Positions 12,281 through 22,599 of a DNA stretch of 64,000 nucleotides are shown in pieces. This stretch comes from Histomonas meleagridis 2922-C6/04-290x (Eukaryota; Protista; Parabasalia): assembly GCA_020184695.1 (NCBI GenBank), contig JAANOX010000230.1, positions 62,001 to 126,000 of the forward strand. The letters run 5' to 3'. Position 1 is the first letter of the stretch; each line of letters opens with the position of its first letter. Below the pieces are notes generated by a model that was not told the DNA's origin, did not search any database, and saw only the letters and a list, made by a program, of their open reading frames with translations. Made by a program: the position numbers and the translations under genes.

Positions 12281-13391
12281 ATGTTTGCTGTTTTAATTGG
12301 ACTCTCTTATCGTGTTTCAAAGGCTACTATAGTATATGGTTCTAGCCTTTCCAATGTCCAAGATGATCTTACAAAAATAAACCTTATAGATTCATACCTC
12401 CAAAAAGAATATTCTTTTTCTTCATATGATGCACAATTAAAATCTCTTATTCAAAGCGCGAAGGATGAGTTTAGCACATGAAATAACTTCTGTCACAGAT
12501 CCAGAACAAGAATTTAAACTATCTCAATACTCAAATTATGATTTATTAGTATTCGACAACCAGCAATCTGGCGTATCAGTTGATTTAGAGGGTGGAACAA
12601 ATAAAGTTTTTTCGGTTCATCGTCTTAGTTCAATTGAGATAAAGAACTCATGCTCTTCCGCACTTGTCGACATTAATTCATCGACAGTTAACTTCCAAAA
12701 TGCGGCATTTGATAAATTATATGTAAATGAATGTTCTATTCAGGGCGACTTTTCTGCAAATTACTTGTTTTCAACAGATCCTTCCCAATTGGAATCAAAC
12801 GAAAATGTAAAGAATAGAGTATATATTGTAAAAAGCAATTCAGTCACAGTTTCTCTTGGCGTTCATTCATATACTGTTGATGGTCATTCGTTTGATTATA
12901 GTGTTGGATTAATGTTTAATCCATATACATATGAAAATGGGGTTTATTACTCATTAACCATCAATGGCAAAGCTCCATCTGAAGAACTTAAGATTTATTT
13001 TGATGAATCATATCAAGCAATGTTAAAATACAAATTTAATAATTATCCTCAAATCATAAACAAAGCACAAAATCCTTCAATAATTTCCACAATGCCATAC
13101 ATTTCACTAAGTGGAAAATACACTGGTACACTCAAAATACGTACGTCCATATCAAATGATATTCGAAATTTAATTGATGAAAGTTCAACTATTTCTTCTT
13201 CACTATCTTATGAATCATTTTCTTTAACTGATGAAAGTTTTATACCAACAGCAACAAATACAGCAACACAAACTGGTGGCGAAAGTACAGCAACACCAAG
13301 CCCCAGTACAAGTGATGGAGTTAAAATGGGTATCGCAAAATATTCAATTTCGATAACATTTCTTGCTTTAGCATTAGGTTTAATGCTTTAA
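12281..13391 (+). CDS. Secreted or membrane-anchored surface protein with one frameshift near 12478
   Basis: Signal-peptide-like MFAVLIGLSYRVSKA; 66 aa and 308 aa ORFs overlap and join if one base is removed; Thr/Ser/Pro stalk and hydrophobic C-terminus (ISITFLALALGLML). Confidence 0.6.
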
Positions 13392-13766
13392 TTAAAAAAA
13401 TCATTTGATTTATTTTTTTCCCCTAAATATATATTCAAATTATACAAATATAAAACTATAGCTATTTTCATTTAGTGAGACTTGAAGACTTCGGCTTCAT
13501 TAAGATGTTGAAGAGAGGGAAGTTGATGTGAATATTCTAAATATATGGAGAAACACTATTTGATAATTAAAGAATTTGTTTCAAAGTACCAAAAATATTT
13601 GTATAGGCAAATAAATTTTGGTATTGAGTTCTTTTTGTCCAATCTACTTCATTTTGAGTTCTATAACAAATGAATTTTTCTCTGTGAGAAATACGGTGTT
13701 TAATGTTCAATAAATAAAGAGACAAATTAGTGAACCGGCATTTTGTTATAATTTATGAATCCAATA

Positions 13767-15492
13767 TTTTAATTACATAAAATGTTCATGATTCGCATTT
13801 GGGTAAAATTATGAAAATGTTTGGATTCAAATTCCATAAAATTCTCATTAATTACATAAAATTTCATTCTGTTTGTGCATTGTTTTGTTTACTTGTTTAC
13901 TTGTTTACTTACTTATGCAACTTTCACGTCGACTTTCACACGACCATCTTCTGATGTCGTAAATGTAACAATCGCTTTAACGAATTCTGATTCCCATTCA
14001 TGAACTTTCTTCTTCAGTTCTTCCAATGTACTTTCAACTTGACTCATATTCGATGGTGCAGAAACGTCAACAATAACAAATTGTGAAATCGCATCCATAG
14101 AATGATTAATTGGAATTTTTCATATTGTTCTTCTTTTGGCGTTGATTCTTGTTCTTATTATTATTTTTTTATCTTTCTTCAAACTTGCTATAAGTTTCTC
14201 GGCTTCTTTATTAGAACGTTTCGTGTGTTGTACATTTTGTTGTTGTTTGTTCTCTTTATGCTTCGGTTGTCCTTGCATTCCTTCCGGATTTGTGATAAGT
14301 GGTTTGCGTGCTGCAGTCTCTTTTTGATGTGGATTTTCACGTTCTTTAATTTCTCCAATAAGTTTTTTTGACCTTCAAGAATTTGTAACATAGTACGTTC
14401 TGCTTCACGATAAATAACATCACGTTCATAATGAATATCTGTGATTTGATTAAGTTTGTTTCGATATTCTTTAAGTAATTTACGATATTCATTTTGTTCT
14501 TTACCTCGTTCTCCATTAATTCCATTTAATTCTTCACGAAGTTCTTTGATTTTATTATAATAAACTTGCACTTGATTATTATATTTCTTGGTTTCTTCAC
14601 GAAGTGAATCAAGTTGTGTTCGTGTACTATTTCGTTTTTGTAATAATTCACTAATTTGTGTTTGAACTTTCTTCTTTTCTTCATAAAGTTGATTAACACG
14701 TTTACGACAGTCATCATCTTCTTTAATAAGTTTATCAGCACTTACTAACTCTTTCATGACTGTGAAAATTCGATCACGTTCTGATATTAATTTACGAAGT
14801 TGTGGGGATGTTAACGTTTCAACTTCAATACGATGATCAATTTGATCGATTTTCGCAAGCGCTTCTTCCTGATTCTTAATACCTGATTTAGAACGAATGT
14901 CTCGAAGTTGAACTTGAAGTTTACTATGTTTATCATTGTTTTTCTTGAATGTCTTTCTCGATTTGTGATTTCTTTTCATAAAGTTCATTAAGACTACTTT
15001 GAATTTGATTAAGTGCATTAGGGTGCTATACCTGAATGTTTTACTAACATACATGAATCGCGTTTAGCATACTCTTCATCAATCATATGACGATATGTAT
15101 CAATATTACCTTTGATTTGATTAATACGTTTTTCAAGTTTTTCTAACTTAAGTGTATGATCTTTTTCTGAAGGTGCAACTGCTTCGCCAAGTTCATGAAG
15201 TTTTTTTCATTAAGTTCTTTAATCTTTTCACTTTGAACTTCATTTAATTTAATTTGATCAATTGGTGTACGAAGTTGAATCCTTGGTCGACGTGGTTGTT
15301 GTGTTGGTTTATCTTCTTGTGTTGAACGTTTCTTATTATTAACATTGTTGTTATTGTTGTTGGTAGAACGTCTTTCTTTGTTGTTAAATCCTTGCTTCCT
15401 TTGTTGTGTTTTTACTTTGGAATCCATAAGGTAAAAAGTAAAGCTATCTGGCCAAACTGTCAATAAGCGTTCAATTGTGGAAAAGTGTCATG
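13767..15492 (-). repeat. Segmental duplication copy C
   Basis: Direct copy of 5237-6954. Confidence 0.95.
13913..15427 (-). pseudogene. Bfr1-like coiled-coil protein, copy C, multiple frameshifts
   Basis: Same protein pieces as copies A and B; indels at homopolymers near 15205, 15030-15050, 14940, 14365, 14165 and 14118. Confidence 0.75.
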
Positions 15493-15930
15493 ACAGATGG
15501 CATACGATGCAAACAAAAATTTTATTGGAAATAGCCTTTAAAACAGATAACATATAATATACTCTATATAAAGAAATTCAAGGCTTATATATTCCTTTGT
15601 TATGTTCTTACATTTTTATCCAAATAATTCTAATCGACAAAGCATTATGCAAATAGATTTTTTTTTGAATGCAAAACACGATTAGATTTGCATATGGTTT
15701 GAAAATAAAAATAACGAATTTCTTGCTTAGAAAATTTGATTAATGAATCATTAATTATATTGCATTCTTTTTAAATTATTCACTCAAATACTTTATAATA
15801 TTTCAAGAGCGAAACTTAAATCACTATTTTACTTTGAATATCTTTAAAAAAGAAATTAAAGAAAAGCTATGATTTATGATATACTTTTTCTTCTCAAAAC
15901 ACTAGTGAATCAAAAAAAAAATCAAAAAAA

Positions 15931-16012
15931 CGACACGAACCAGATTCGAACTGATGCGGGACAAGCCCATGGGGACTCTAATCCCACGCCTTAACCACTC
16001 GGCCATCGTGTC
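15931..16012 (-). tRNA. tRNA-Ser: tRNA-Ser (anticodon AGA)
   Basis: Reverse complement GACACGA-TG-GCCGAGTGGTTAAGGC-G-TGGGA-TTAGAGT-CCCCA-long variable arm-ATCAGTTCGAATCTGGT-TCGTGTC-G. 82 nt, G73 discriminator, followed immediately by an oligo-T Pol III terminator. Confidence 0.9.
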
Positions 16013-16091
16013 TCTGTTTTTTCGCATTTTATATCAATTAATGTATTAAATGAAAGAAAAAGAACTAGATTGAATTCAATTCCAAGTTTAA

Positions 16092-16712
16092 ATGGAAGAA
16101 GCGCCAAAAAATATTTCCAGGGCTTCAAGTCAAAATTCTTCAAGAGAACCAACCCCAACTCCAACTAGAGTAAAACCCGCAAAAGTTAAAAAGAGTTTCT
16201 TTCCTATATCACATATTTCTTTTAGAATATTTTTTGGAATTTCAACATTTCTTCTTTCCATTATTGCTATTTTGACACAGAGTAATTTAGAGTATTGTGC
16301 TGATGATTCACAACTCATCTGCAAAGAATGCCCTAAACATTCAACTTGCACTAGAACCAATTTTTCTTGCCCAGAAAATTATATACAAAATAAAGGACAA
16401 TGTGTTAAAACTAATTTAACTATTCCAGAACTATCTTGGCTTCATTTTAATCTAAAAATGAAAATCAAAAATAAGGAAATAAGCACAAAACTAGATTTGT
16501 ATCAATCAGAATACAAAATGCAGTATACCAGGAATGACCTTAAAGCAGGTGTTTTATATGATGAAGAGTATATTTTTGGAACAGATACAAATCAATCCAT
16601 TATAAAAATACCACCACCTCTTGACTCCCGCTTTGCCTGGTCATTGTTTGTTTTGTCTTTAATTTCCTTTTTTGCCTCGGTCGAAGCATATATTTACAAA
16701 TCATATAATTAA
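16092..16712 (+). CDS. Two-TM protein with Cys-rich lumenal loop, Man1/Src1 (MSC)-like inner nuclear membrane protein
   Basis: Basic N-terminus, TM1, then CKECPKHSTC...CPENY...CV, then TM2. The Cys spacing resembles the Src1/Man1 lumenal domain. Confidence 0.5.
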   Translation: MEEAPKNISRASSQNSSREPTPTPTRVKPAKVKKSFFPISHISFRIFFGISTFLLSIIAILTQSNLEYCADDSQLICKECPKHSTCTRTNFSCPENYIQNKGQCVKTNLTIPELSWLHFNLKMKIKNKEISTKLDLYQSEYKMQYTRNDLKAGVLYDEEYIFGTDTNQSIIKIPPPLDSRFAWSLFVLSLISFFASVEAYIYKSYN

Positions 16713-16737
16713 AGTAAATTTCATATTATTAGATATT

Positions 16738-17079
16738 TTACTTGTTTGAAGTTGCACGAACGCCAGCTTTTGAGAACCCGGTCATATTTTGTTTCATTAA
16801 ACGATCAAGAGAGATTTGAAAAGATACTATATCACGTGCAGTAACAATTGCACTAATTTTCTTTTTGTTTCCATCTGAAGCCCTTATTAAAAGCATAGCT
16901 GTACCAGGCTCTCCTCCGCTAACTGATTTAGGCATTGATTTTAATGGACCATTTCCTGATTTTTTCACGGAATATTGCCCTGTAAAATGCTTGAATGTTA
17001 TGAAAACCGAACCTGCTGGTTGTTTTTTGAACATTGCATCAAGTTGAGTAATGAAATCCTTTGGTGATAGTTTGACCAT
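16738..17079 (-). CDS. SRP14: Signal recognition particle 14 kDa subunit
   Basis: MVKLSPKDFITQLDAMF, GSVFITFK, LIRASDGNKKKISAIV, LMKQNMTGF; 113 aa. Confidence 0.9.
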   Translation of the reverse strand: MVKLSPKDFITQLDAMFKKQPAGSVFITFKHFTGQYSVKKSGNGPLKSMPKSVSGGEPGTAMLLIRASDGNKKKISAIVTARDIVSFQISLDRLMKQNMTGFSKAGVRATSNK

Positions 17080-17581
17080 TTTGGGTAATTAGTTTCCAAT
17101 TGAAACAGACCTTGTCAAAAAACAAGAAACGAGGGAATAAACTATTTAAATAATTAATCAACAAATTTATGCAAATCCGGAAGATCAATTCTTTTCATGA
17201 ACAAGATATATTTGAACACTAATCATAAATCATGATTATCATTAATGTTTACTCAAAATTTTTGATTAAATAATTTTTCGAAATTAAGTATTAATAATTC
17301 ATAAATCATGATCAAAGCAAATGATTTTATTCAATTATTAACCTAAAAAAATACGCAGCTCCTTAATTTTTTTTCATATTTTCTCAATTTAATCAAAAAT
17401 AAAAATTATTTTTTTCACTAAAGTTAAAATAATTATCTCACACAAACGCTCATCATTTTGTTCATATGCTAATCTTCTTATTAGTTTTGGTGAATCATAA
17501 ATATCAATTTTATTTTTAACGTTCCACAATTGTAAAAAAATTCATAACTTTATTTCATTTACACACATCAAATTAACGTTT

Positions 17582-18997
17582 CTATTTATCGTCTGCTAAT
17601 TGCGTTAGCGAAGCTTCCAGATAAGCGATTGATGCCATTACTCTTGAAGTAAATCCCGGCAGACAAGAGAAGTTATTTATGAAGTTCATTAATCTGTTTG
17701 GGTCTGGTTCTCCTGTTGCGCAAACTAATGCCATCCAAATTTCGAAAATCTCATCAAACCCGGGCATTTTCTGGTAGAAGTCCTCCACATCTGAGTTTTC
17801 TTTCTTTGAAGTAACTCTTAACACTGCCATTACCGACAAAGCTTCATGTACCTTAACAATGCAATAAGCAGCGTCAATTGGGGAAAATTGATTTATCGCA
17901 CTATGGAACCATTCCTTAGGAGCGCGAGAAATGGAATCAACTTCGAACATTTCGATAACAGGTTTCCCAACGCATTGCTCAGGAACGAACTTGTCGAGGA
18001 TTCCGATGTCTTTTGGTGTTCTTTTTCCGAAATTTTCCATTTTCTTGACAAGCTCTTCGTCATATGAAGGCTCAGGATAAAACTTTGGATAAGTTTCGGC
18101 AAACAAAAACCGAACTAAAAGGATTTCCAATGCAGCAACTTGATCATCATTTAATTCATTATTCCCATACCACTTTATAAATGATGCTACCGAGTTGCTG
18201 ATCCATTGCTTTACCGAATCGTTGTCATTTCCGCCGTCGTAAGGATATAAAACTTTCCCATTGTTAAATTGCGGATTTAATAATGGTGATTTCGGAGAAC
18301 GAAAGAAGACATGTAATGTGTCTTCGCTCGGGAGCTCAATAAAATACGATGTTCCGGGCTTTTTGGCCATGACTCCGGCATCAATAATATCTTTGAGATA
18401 TGATTTGTTCTCATTGTCTGAATCAAATGGTGTTGGTATCATTTGGAGGCGGACTTGTTGATAATGCGCAAAACTTCGGATCATATTTCGCTTCAAAACT
18501 GACGGAGGAGCTGATGATGGACGAAATTTTTGGCCAACTATAGCCCGTTCGACTTTGACCGAAAAAGGAATGGGCTTGTTAATCAGATAGTCCATTAAGT
18601 TTTGGAGATCGACAAGAAGTTGACGATGAGAATCTAATTGAGATATTCGATGTTTGTCCGATTTGATGTTCATACGCACAATCTTGTCGATAAGAAATCG
18701 AAATATGAGACGCACATCACGATTGGATTCGGTTCGAGTCGGAATTGGAATTTTTTTGAGTTTGTCTGGATCTTTTTGTTTGAGAGCTTCAATGCGTTCA
18801 TTGATTTCTTCGTGCGCTTTGACGATCTTTTCTTTGCATTCTTTGAAATGCATTAGAAGTCGATCAATTAACTGTGTATCTTGTAGAATAAATGTTTCGT
18901 CAAGAAGTATGAGATAACGTGAAAGAATGGACCAATCTGTGGTGGTCTTAAAGTCACCACCGGTCTCAAGGAATATCTGTGATGGTGTTTTGTGCAT
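17582..18997 (-). CDS. Hypothetical protein with divergent C-terminal VPS9-like domain
   Basis: SPIDAAYCIVKVHEAL...MPGFDEIFEIWMALV...AYLEASL pattern; intact 471 aa ORF. Confidence 0.5.
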   Translation of the reverse strand: MHKTPSQIFLETGGDFKTTTDWSILSRYLILLDETFILQDTQLIDRLLMHFKECKEKIVKAHEEINERIEALKQKDPDKLKKIPIPTRTESNRDVRLIFRFLIDKIVRMNIKSDKHRISQLDSHRQLLVDLQNLMDYLINKPIPFSVKVERAIVGQKFRPSSAPPSVLKRNMIRSFAHYQQVRLQMIPTPFDSDNENKSYLKDIIDAGVMAKKPGTSYFIELPSEDTLHVFFRSPKSPLLNPQFNNGKVLYPYDGGNDNDSVKQWISNSVASFIKWYGNNELNDDQVAALEILLVRFLFAETYPKFYPEPSYDEELVKKMENFGKRTPKDIGILDKFVPEQCVGKPVIEMFEVDSISRAPKEWFHSAINQFSPIDAAYCIVKVHEALSVMAVLRVTSKKENSDVEDFYQKMPGFDEIFEIWMALVCATGEPDPNRLMNFINNFSCLPGFTSRVMASIAYLEASLTQLADDK

Positions 18998-19735
18998 TTG
19001 TGTGTAATTTGATAAAATTTGATAACTTTACATATTACTTCATATAACATGTCACTTTTGTCAAAATCTGTTTACGTCATTTTAATAAAAATTCTTTTTG
19101 TTTTTTTATATGGCTGAGTTAACCAAATCTTAATGTTTGGTTTCAGGCTGAAAATGGTTTCACTTGAAAGCAAAGCGTTGCAAGATAAAAAACTTGTTAA
19201 AGAATCGTTTTCAATTGAAATATTGTTCAAAAAAGTTCTATCGCTACCATTTCATTCGTGTCAATTGAAAAATTTCATAAACAAAAAAATAACATTTGTA
19301 ATTTGATAGTTGAATTGTAAAATTTAAAATTACATTTAGAATTAATTAATATAAAAAAAATGAATTTTAGCTATTATGTAATTGATTGAAATTTCTTTAT
19401 AACTTCCACGATTTAAAAAGCGATTATAATATTTCATAGATCCTTCAAATAATCTTCAATATTTGATATCAAATTACAAAAATATTCTTTAAAAAAATAG
19501 GAATCCAAATTTGGCCTATTTTCACTTTTTCATATCATATCTGGCCGTACGTTAATTAATTGTATACGCAGAAAAAATGACTATTTAATTTCTCGTATCG
19601 TCAATTAACCTTTACCTAAATGCCGCGGTTTCTAACCTCAAACAAAAGTGGTCAAATCTGCTTATTTCAGACCCTATCGTACGTAAACAATTCAATTGCC
19701 AAATTCAGTCACATACAGCTCTAGCTTCGACACTA

Positions 19736-20761
19736 ATGACGAACGAAATACCCCATGGCGACCAAACACCAATTCTCATCTTTGTTAATTCCGTCAGTGG
19801 TGGCGGAATAGCAGCCGGGGTGATTCCGTATGTAGAGAATGATGTTTTCATTAAAGTCGTAAAATTACCGTCAGAAGCATCAACATTCCGTGAAACTCAT
19901 GCAGAACTTCTCCGCAATCCAAGTTTGCGTATTGTTGCTGCCGGAGGTGATGGAACTGTTAATTGGGTTATCTCTTTATTAAAACCAATATTTAGCCTTG
20001 ACGAAACGCCAAATCAATACCGGCCACCACTTGCAGTGATTCCATTTGGTACCGGTAATGATATGAGTCGATCATTAGGGTGGGGCGGCGGAATGATGAA
20101 TGCTGATTTACATCGCGTACCTGAAATCATCCGAAAGATGCGAAATTCGACACACGTTGAAAACATTGACATATGGCAGCTTACTCTTACTGATACGTCG
20201 AGTCAAGAAGTCGTCACCAAACAAATGTTAAATTATTTCTCAATCGGCGTCGATGCCGAAGTAGCGTTAGATTTTGAACATTGTCGAACCGGATGTTGCA
20301 AGTGCTGTTTCTGTTGCCAATGTATGTCATTATGTTGTTACATTCCAGTCGGAGCATCGAATCTGTTTTGCAAGCGGAACATCAGAGACTATTGCAAAGT
20401 CATGATCAAAGAAAACGATGAAAGCGAGCCACGCGAAATGTTGTTAAGGCGAGGAGAGAAGACAGTTGTTGTTCAAGCGATACCAAATATTTATGCTGGA
20501 AGAGACTTATGGAGGAACACAAGTGATAGAGGAATGTGCGATCATAAGTTCGAAGTCATTGCGCAAGGCGGCGTAATGAAATTGGGATTGCTGCAAATAG
20601 GCTGCAGAACTGGAAGGCCTATAATTCAAGGAGTAAGTACAGAAATGCATGTCGATGAGCCTTTTTATTATCAGGTAGACGGCGAAGGTGGTATGGTGAA
20701 CAACCCAACGACTGTGAAGATAGAAAGATCTGGCTCATATCCAATGGTGTTTAGTGAATAA
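19736..20761 (+). CDS. Diacylglycerol kinase family protein
   Basis: IFVNSVSGGG, AGGDGTV, PFGTGND, NYFSIGVDA and QVDGE motifs. Confidence 0.9.
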   Translation: MTNEIPHGDQTPILIFVNSVSGGGIAAGVIPYVENDVFIKVVKLPSEASTFRETHAELLRNPSLRIVAAGGDGTVNWVISLLKPIFSLDETPNQYRPPLAVIPFGTGNDMSRSLGWGGGMMNADLHRVPEIIRKMRNSTHVENIDIWQLTLTDTSSQEVVTKQMLNYFSIGVDAEVALDFEHCRTGCCKCCFCCQCMSLCCYIPVGASNLFCKRNIRDYCKVMIKENDESEPREMLLRRGEKTVVVQAIPNIYAGRDLWRNTSDRGMCDHKFEVIAQGGVMKLGLLQIGCRTGRPIIQGVSTEMHVDEPFYYQVDGEGGMVNNPTTVKIERSGSYPMVFSE

Positions 20762-21382
20762 ATGTTTCTCTTAATTAAGTTTGATGTGCAACGATAAGTG
20801 TTTTTGAGTGGAAAATGATCGTTTCCCGCAAACGATAAACGGTTATATTCAGAATCTATTTAAACGGTTTCTTAGAACTTCGATTTTGCTATAAAAAATG
20901 AAAATGTATGTGATGTTTATTTATATATTTTTTGATACTAAGAATATCTTATGCAAATCTTAGCAAATAATGCCAAAATTGCAACACAATTGGCTAATCA
21001 ATTTTTGAAATTGCATTTTGAAGTGCATTGCGCAATAAAGAAACATAAGAGAATATAATAGCTATTATATAACAACAATTTGTATAAATATTGACAGCTT
21101 AATTTTGCTTATAAATTCTGCACTTCAGTGAACAACTTGACAATCGTTGATGCAACCGTTTGTTGTATTTTCCGTAACCTCCTGAAAATTGCTGATTTCG
21201 TGAAAACATTTCGTTTTTGATAAATTTTTATTTAAAACATTATAATTTATGACTAATTCTACACGTAAAACTAATAAAATGCGTTATTAAACAATTTGTT
21301 TTCGATTTTAAAATGACGAAATTTGATATCAAATTTTGATGCACAAACTGATTTTTAGTATTTATATTCATAAAAAGAATAT

Positions 21383-22546
21383 TTACCGACGGCCGCCTCT
21401 TCGCCGTCCTGCATTCATTCTTTCGCAAACGGGAATATGCCTTCGTGCTGCCTCTTCCGCAAATTTCCTTCCACAATAAGGACATGGAACACGATCATCG
21501 TCAATAATTTCATACTTTGGTACTTCAGGTGGCGGCCCAACGTTCTTTCCTTTAGCCTTAGCGTCTTCGTAATTCTGTAGTTTTCGTGCAGCTCTTAAAC
21601 TTTCAATAAGTCGCTCATGTTCCAACTTATACTTCGCTACGCCGTTGATTGTCTTCTTTGGCTCTGGTGCGGACTTCTTTGGAATAATTCGTTCGCCGCC
21701 AATGTCAGCAAGTCTTTGTTTGGCTGCGTTGAAAACTTTTCGCTTCTTGGACGATGACCTTGCGCATATTTCTTCATGTTTATCGATTCGATCCAATCCA
21801 AATTTCCTTCCACAGTATGCGCATGCCCTACGTTCACCATCATCTTCATCATCATTGTTATCAAAACTAGATGGAGGTGGTTGTCTTGATGCTGTTTGCC
21901 TCCTTTTAGGAGGTGGAGGAGGTGTATATCCATCATCATCGTCATCTGATGGAGGTTGTGGTTTTGATGGTGGTGGTCTTGACGCTGTCTGCCTTCTTTT
22001 AGGAGGAGGGGGTGGCGTATATCCATCATCATCGTCGTCTGATGGAGGATTTGGAATTGTCTTCTTTTTGGGTGGCGGATTTGGTTCTTCGTACACAACT
22101 TTTTGTGGTTTCTTGGTAACGCTGAGATCTTTTTCTTGCTTTGATTGCATCTTTTTCATCATCATTTGACGCCTTTTTTGTTCCCATGAACTGGATTGCG
22201 TGTCACGTGGTGGCGGAGCTTCTTCCTTTGGTTTTGTTTCTCGTGTTGTGGGTGTTTCAGTTATAGATGAGCGAGTTGAGGAAAATGAAATATTAGATGA
22301 TGAATATTCACTTTTTGGCTGTGAAATTGTTGGCTTACCTTCAATGGTCTCTTTGATGAATTTAAGGAATCGAAGACGGCTTCCAACACGACTAATTCCC
22401 ATTTCTTTGAGATGAGATTCATTGAGTAATGGAAGAACAGCACCAGAAATATCATTACCCATGAGTGCTTGAGAGTGTTCGCCAAGTCCGATTGCCTCTA
22501 TTTGTTCTACTACATCATTGACAGTCCATTTGAGGTAATCCCCCAT
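21383..22546 (-). CDS. SAM domain and double C2HC zinc-finger protein (ZC2HC1-like)
   Basis: N-terminal SAM (WTVNDV...ISGAVLPLLNESHLKEMGI); CAYCGRKF...HEEIC and CPYCGRKF...HIPVC; internal PPSDDDDDGYTPPPPPKRRQTASR duplication. Confidence 0.85.
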   Translation of the reverse strand: MGDYLKWTVNDVVEQIEAIGLGEHSQALMGNDISGAVLPLLNESHLKEMGISRVGSRLRFLKFIKETIEGKPTISQPKSEYSSSNISFSSTRSSITETPTTRETKPKEEAPPPRDTQSSSWEQKRRQMMMKKMQSKQEKDLSVTKKPQKVVYEEPNPPPKKKTIPNPPSDDDDDGYTPPPPPKRRQTASRPPPSKPQPPSDDDDDGYTPPPPPKRRQTASRQPPPSSFDNNDDEDDGERRACAYCGRKFGLDRIDKHEEICARSSSKKRKVFNAAKQRLADIGGERIIPKKSAPEPKKTINGVAKYKLEHERLIESLRAARKLQNYEDAKAKGKNVGPPPEVPKYEIIDDDRVPCPYCGRKFAEEAARRHIPVCERMNAGRRRGGRR

Positions 22547-22599
22547 TTGAAAATCCGTTATTTATAATTTGAATACAAATTTAAATTTTGAACATGTGT

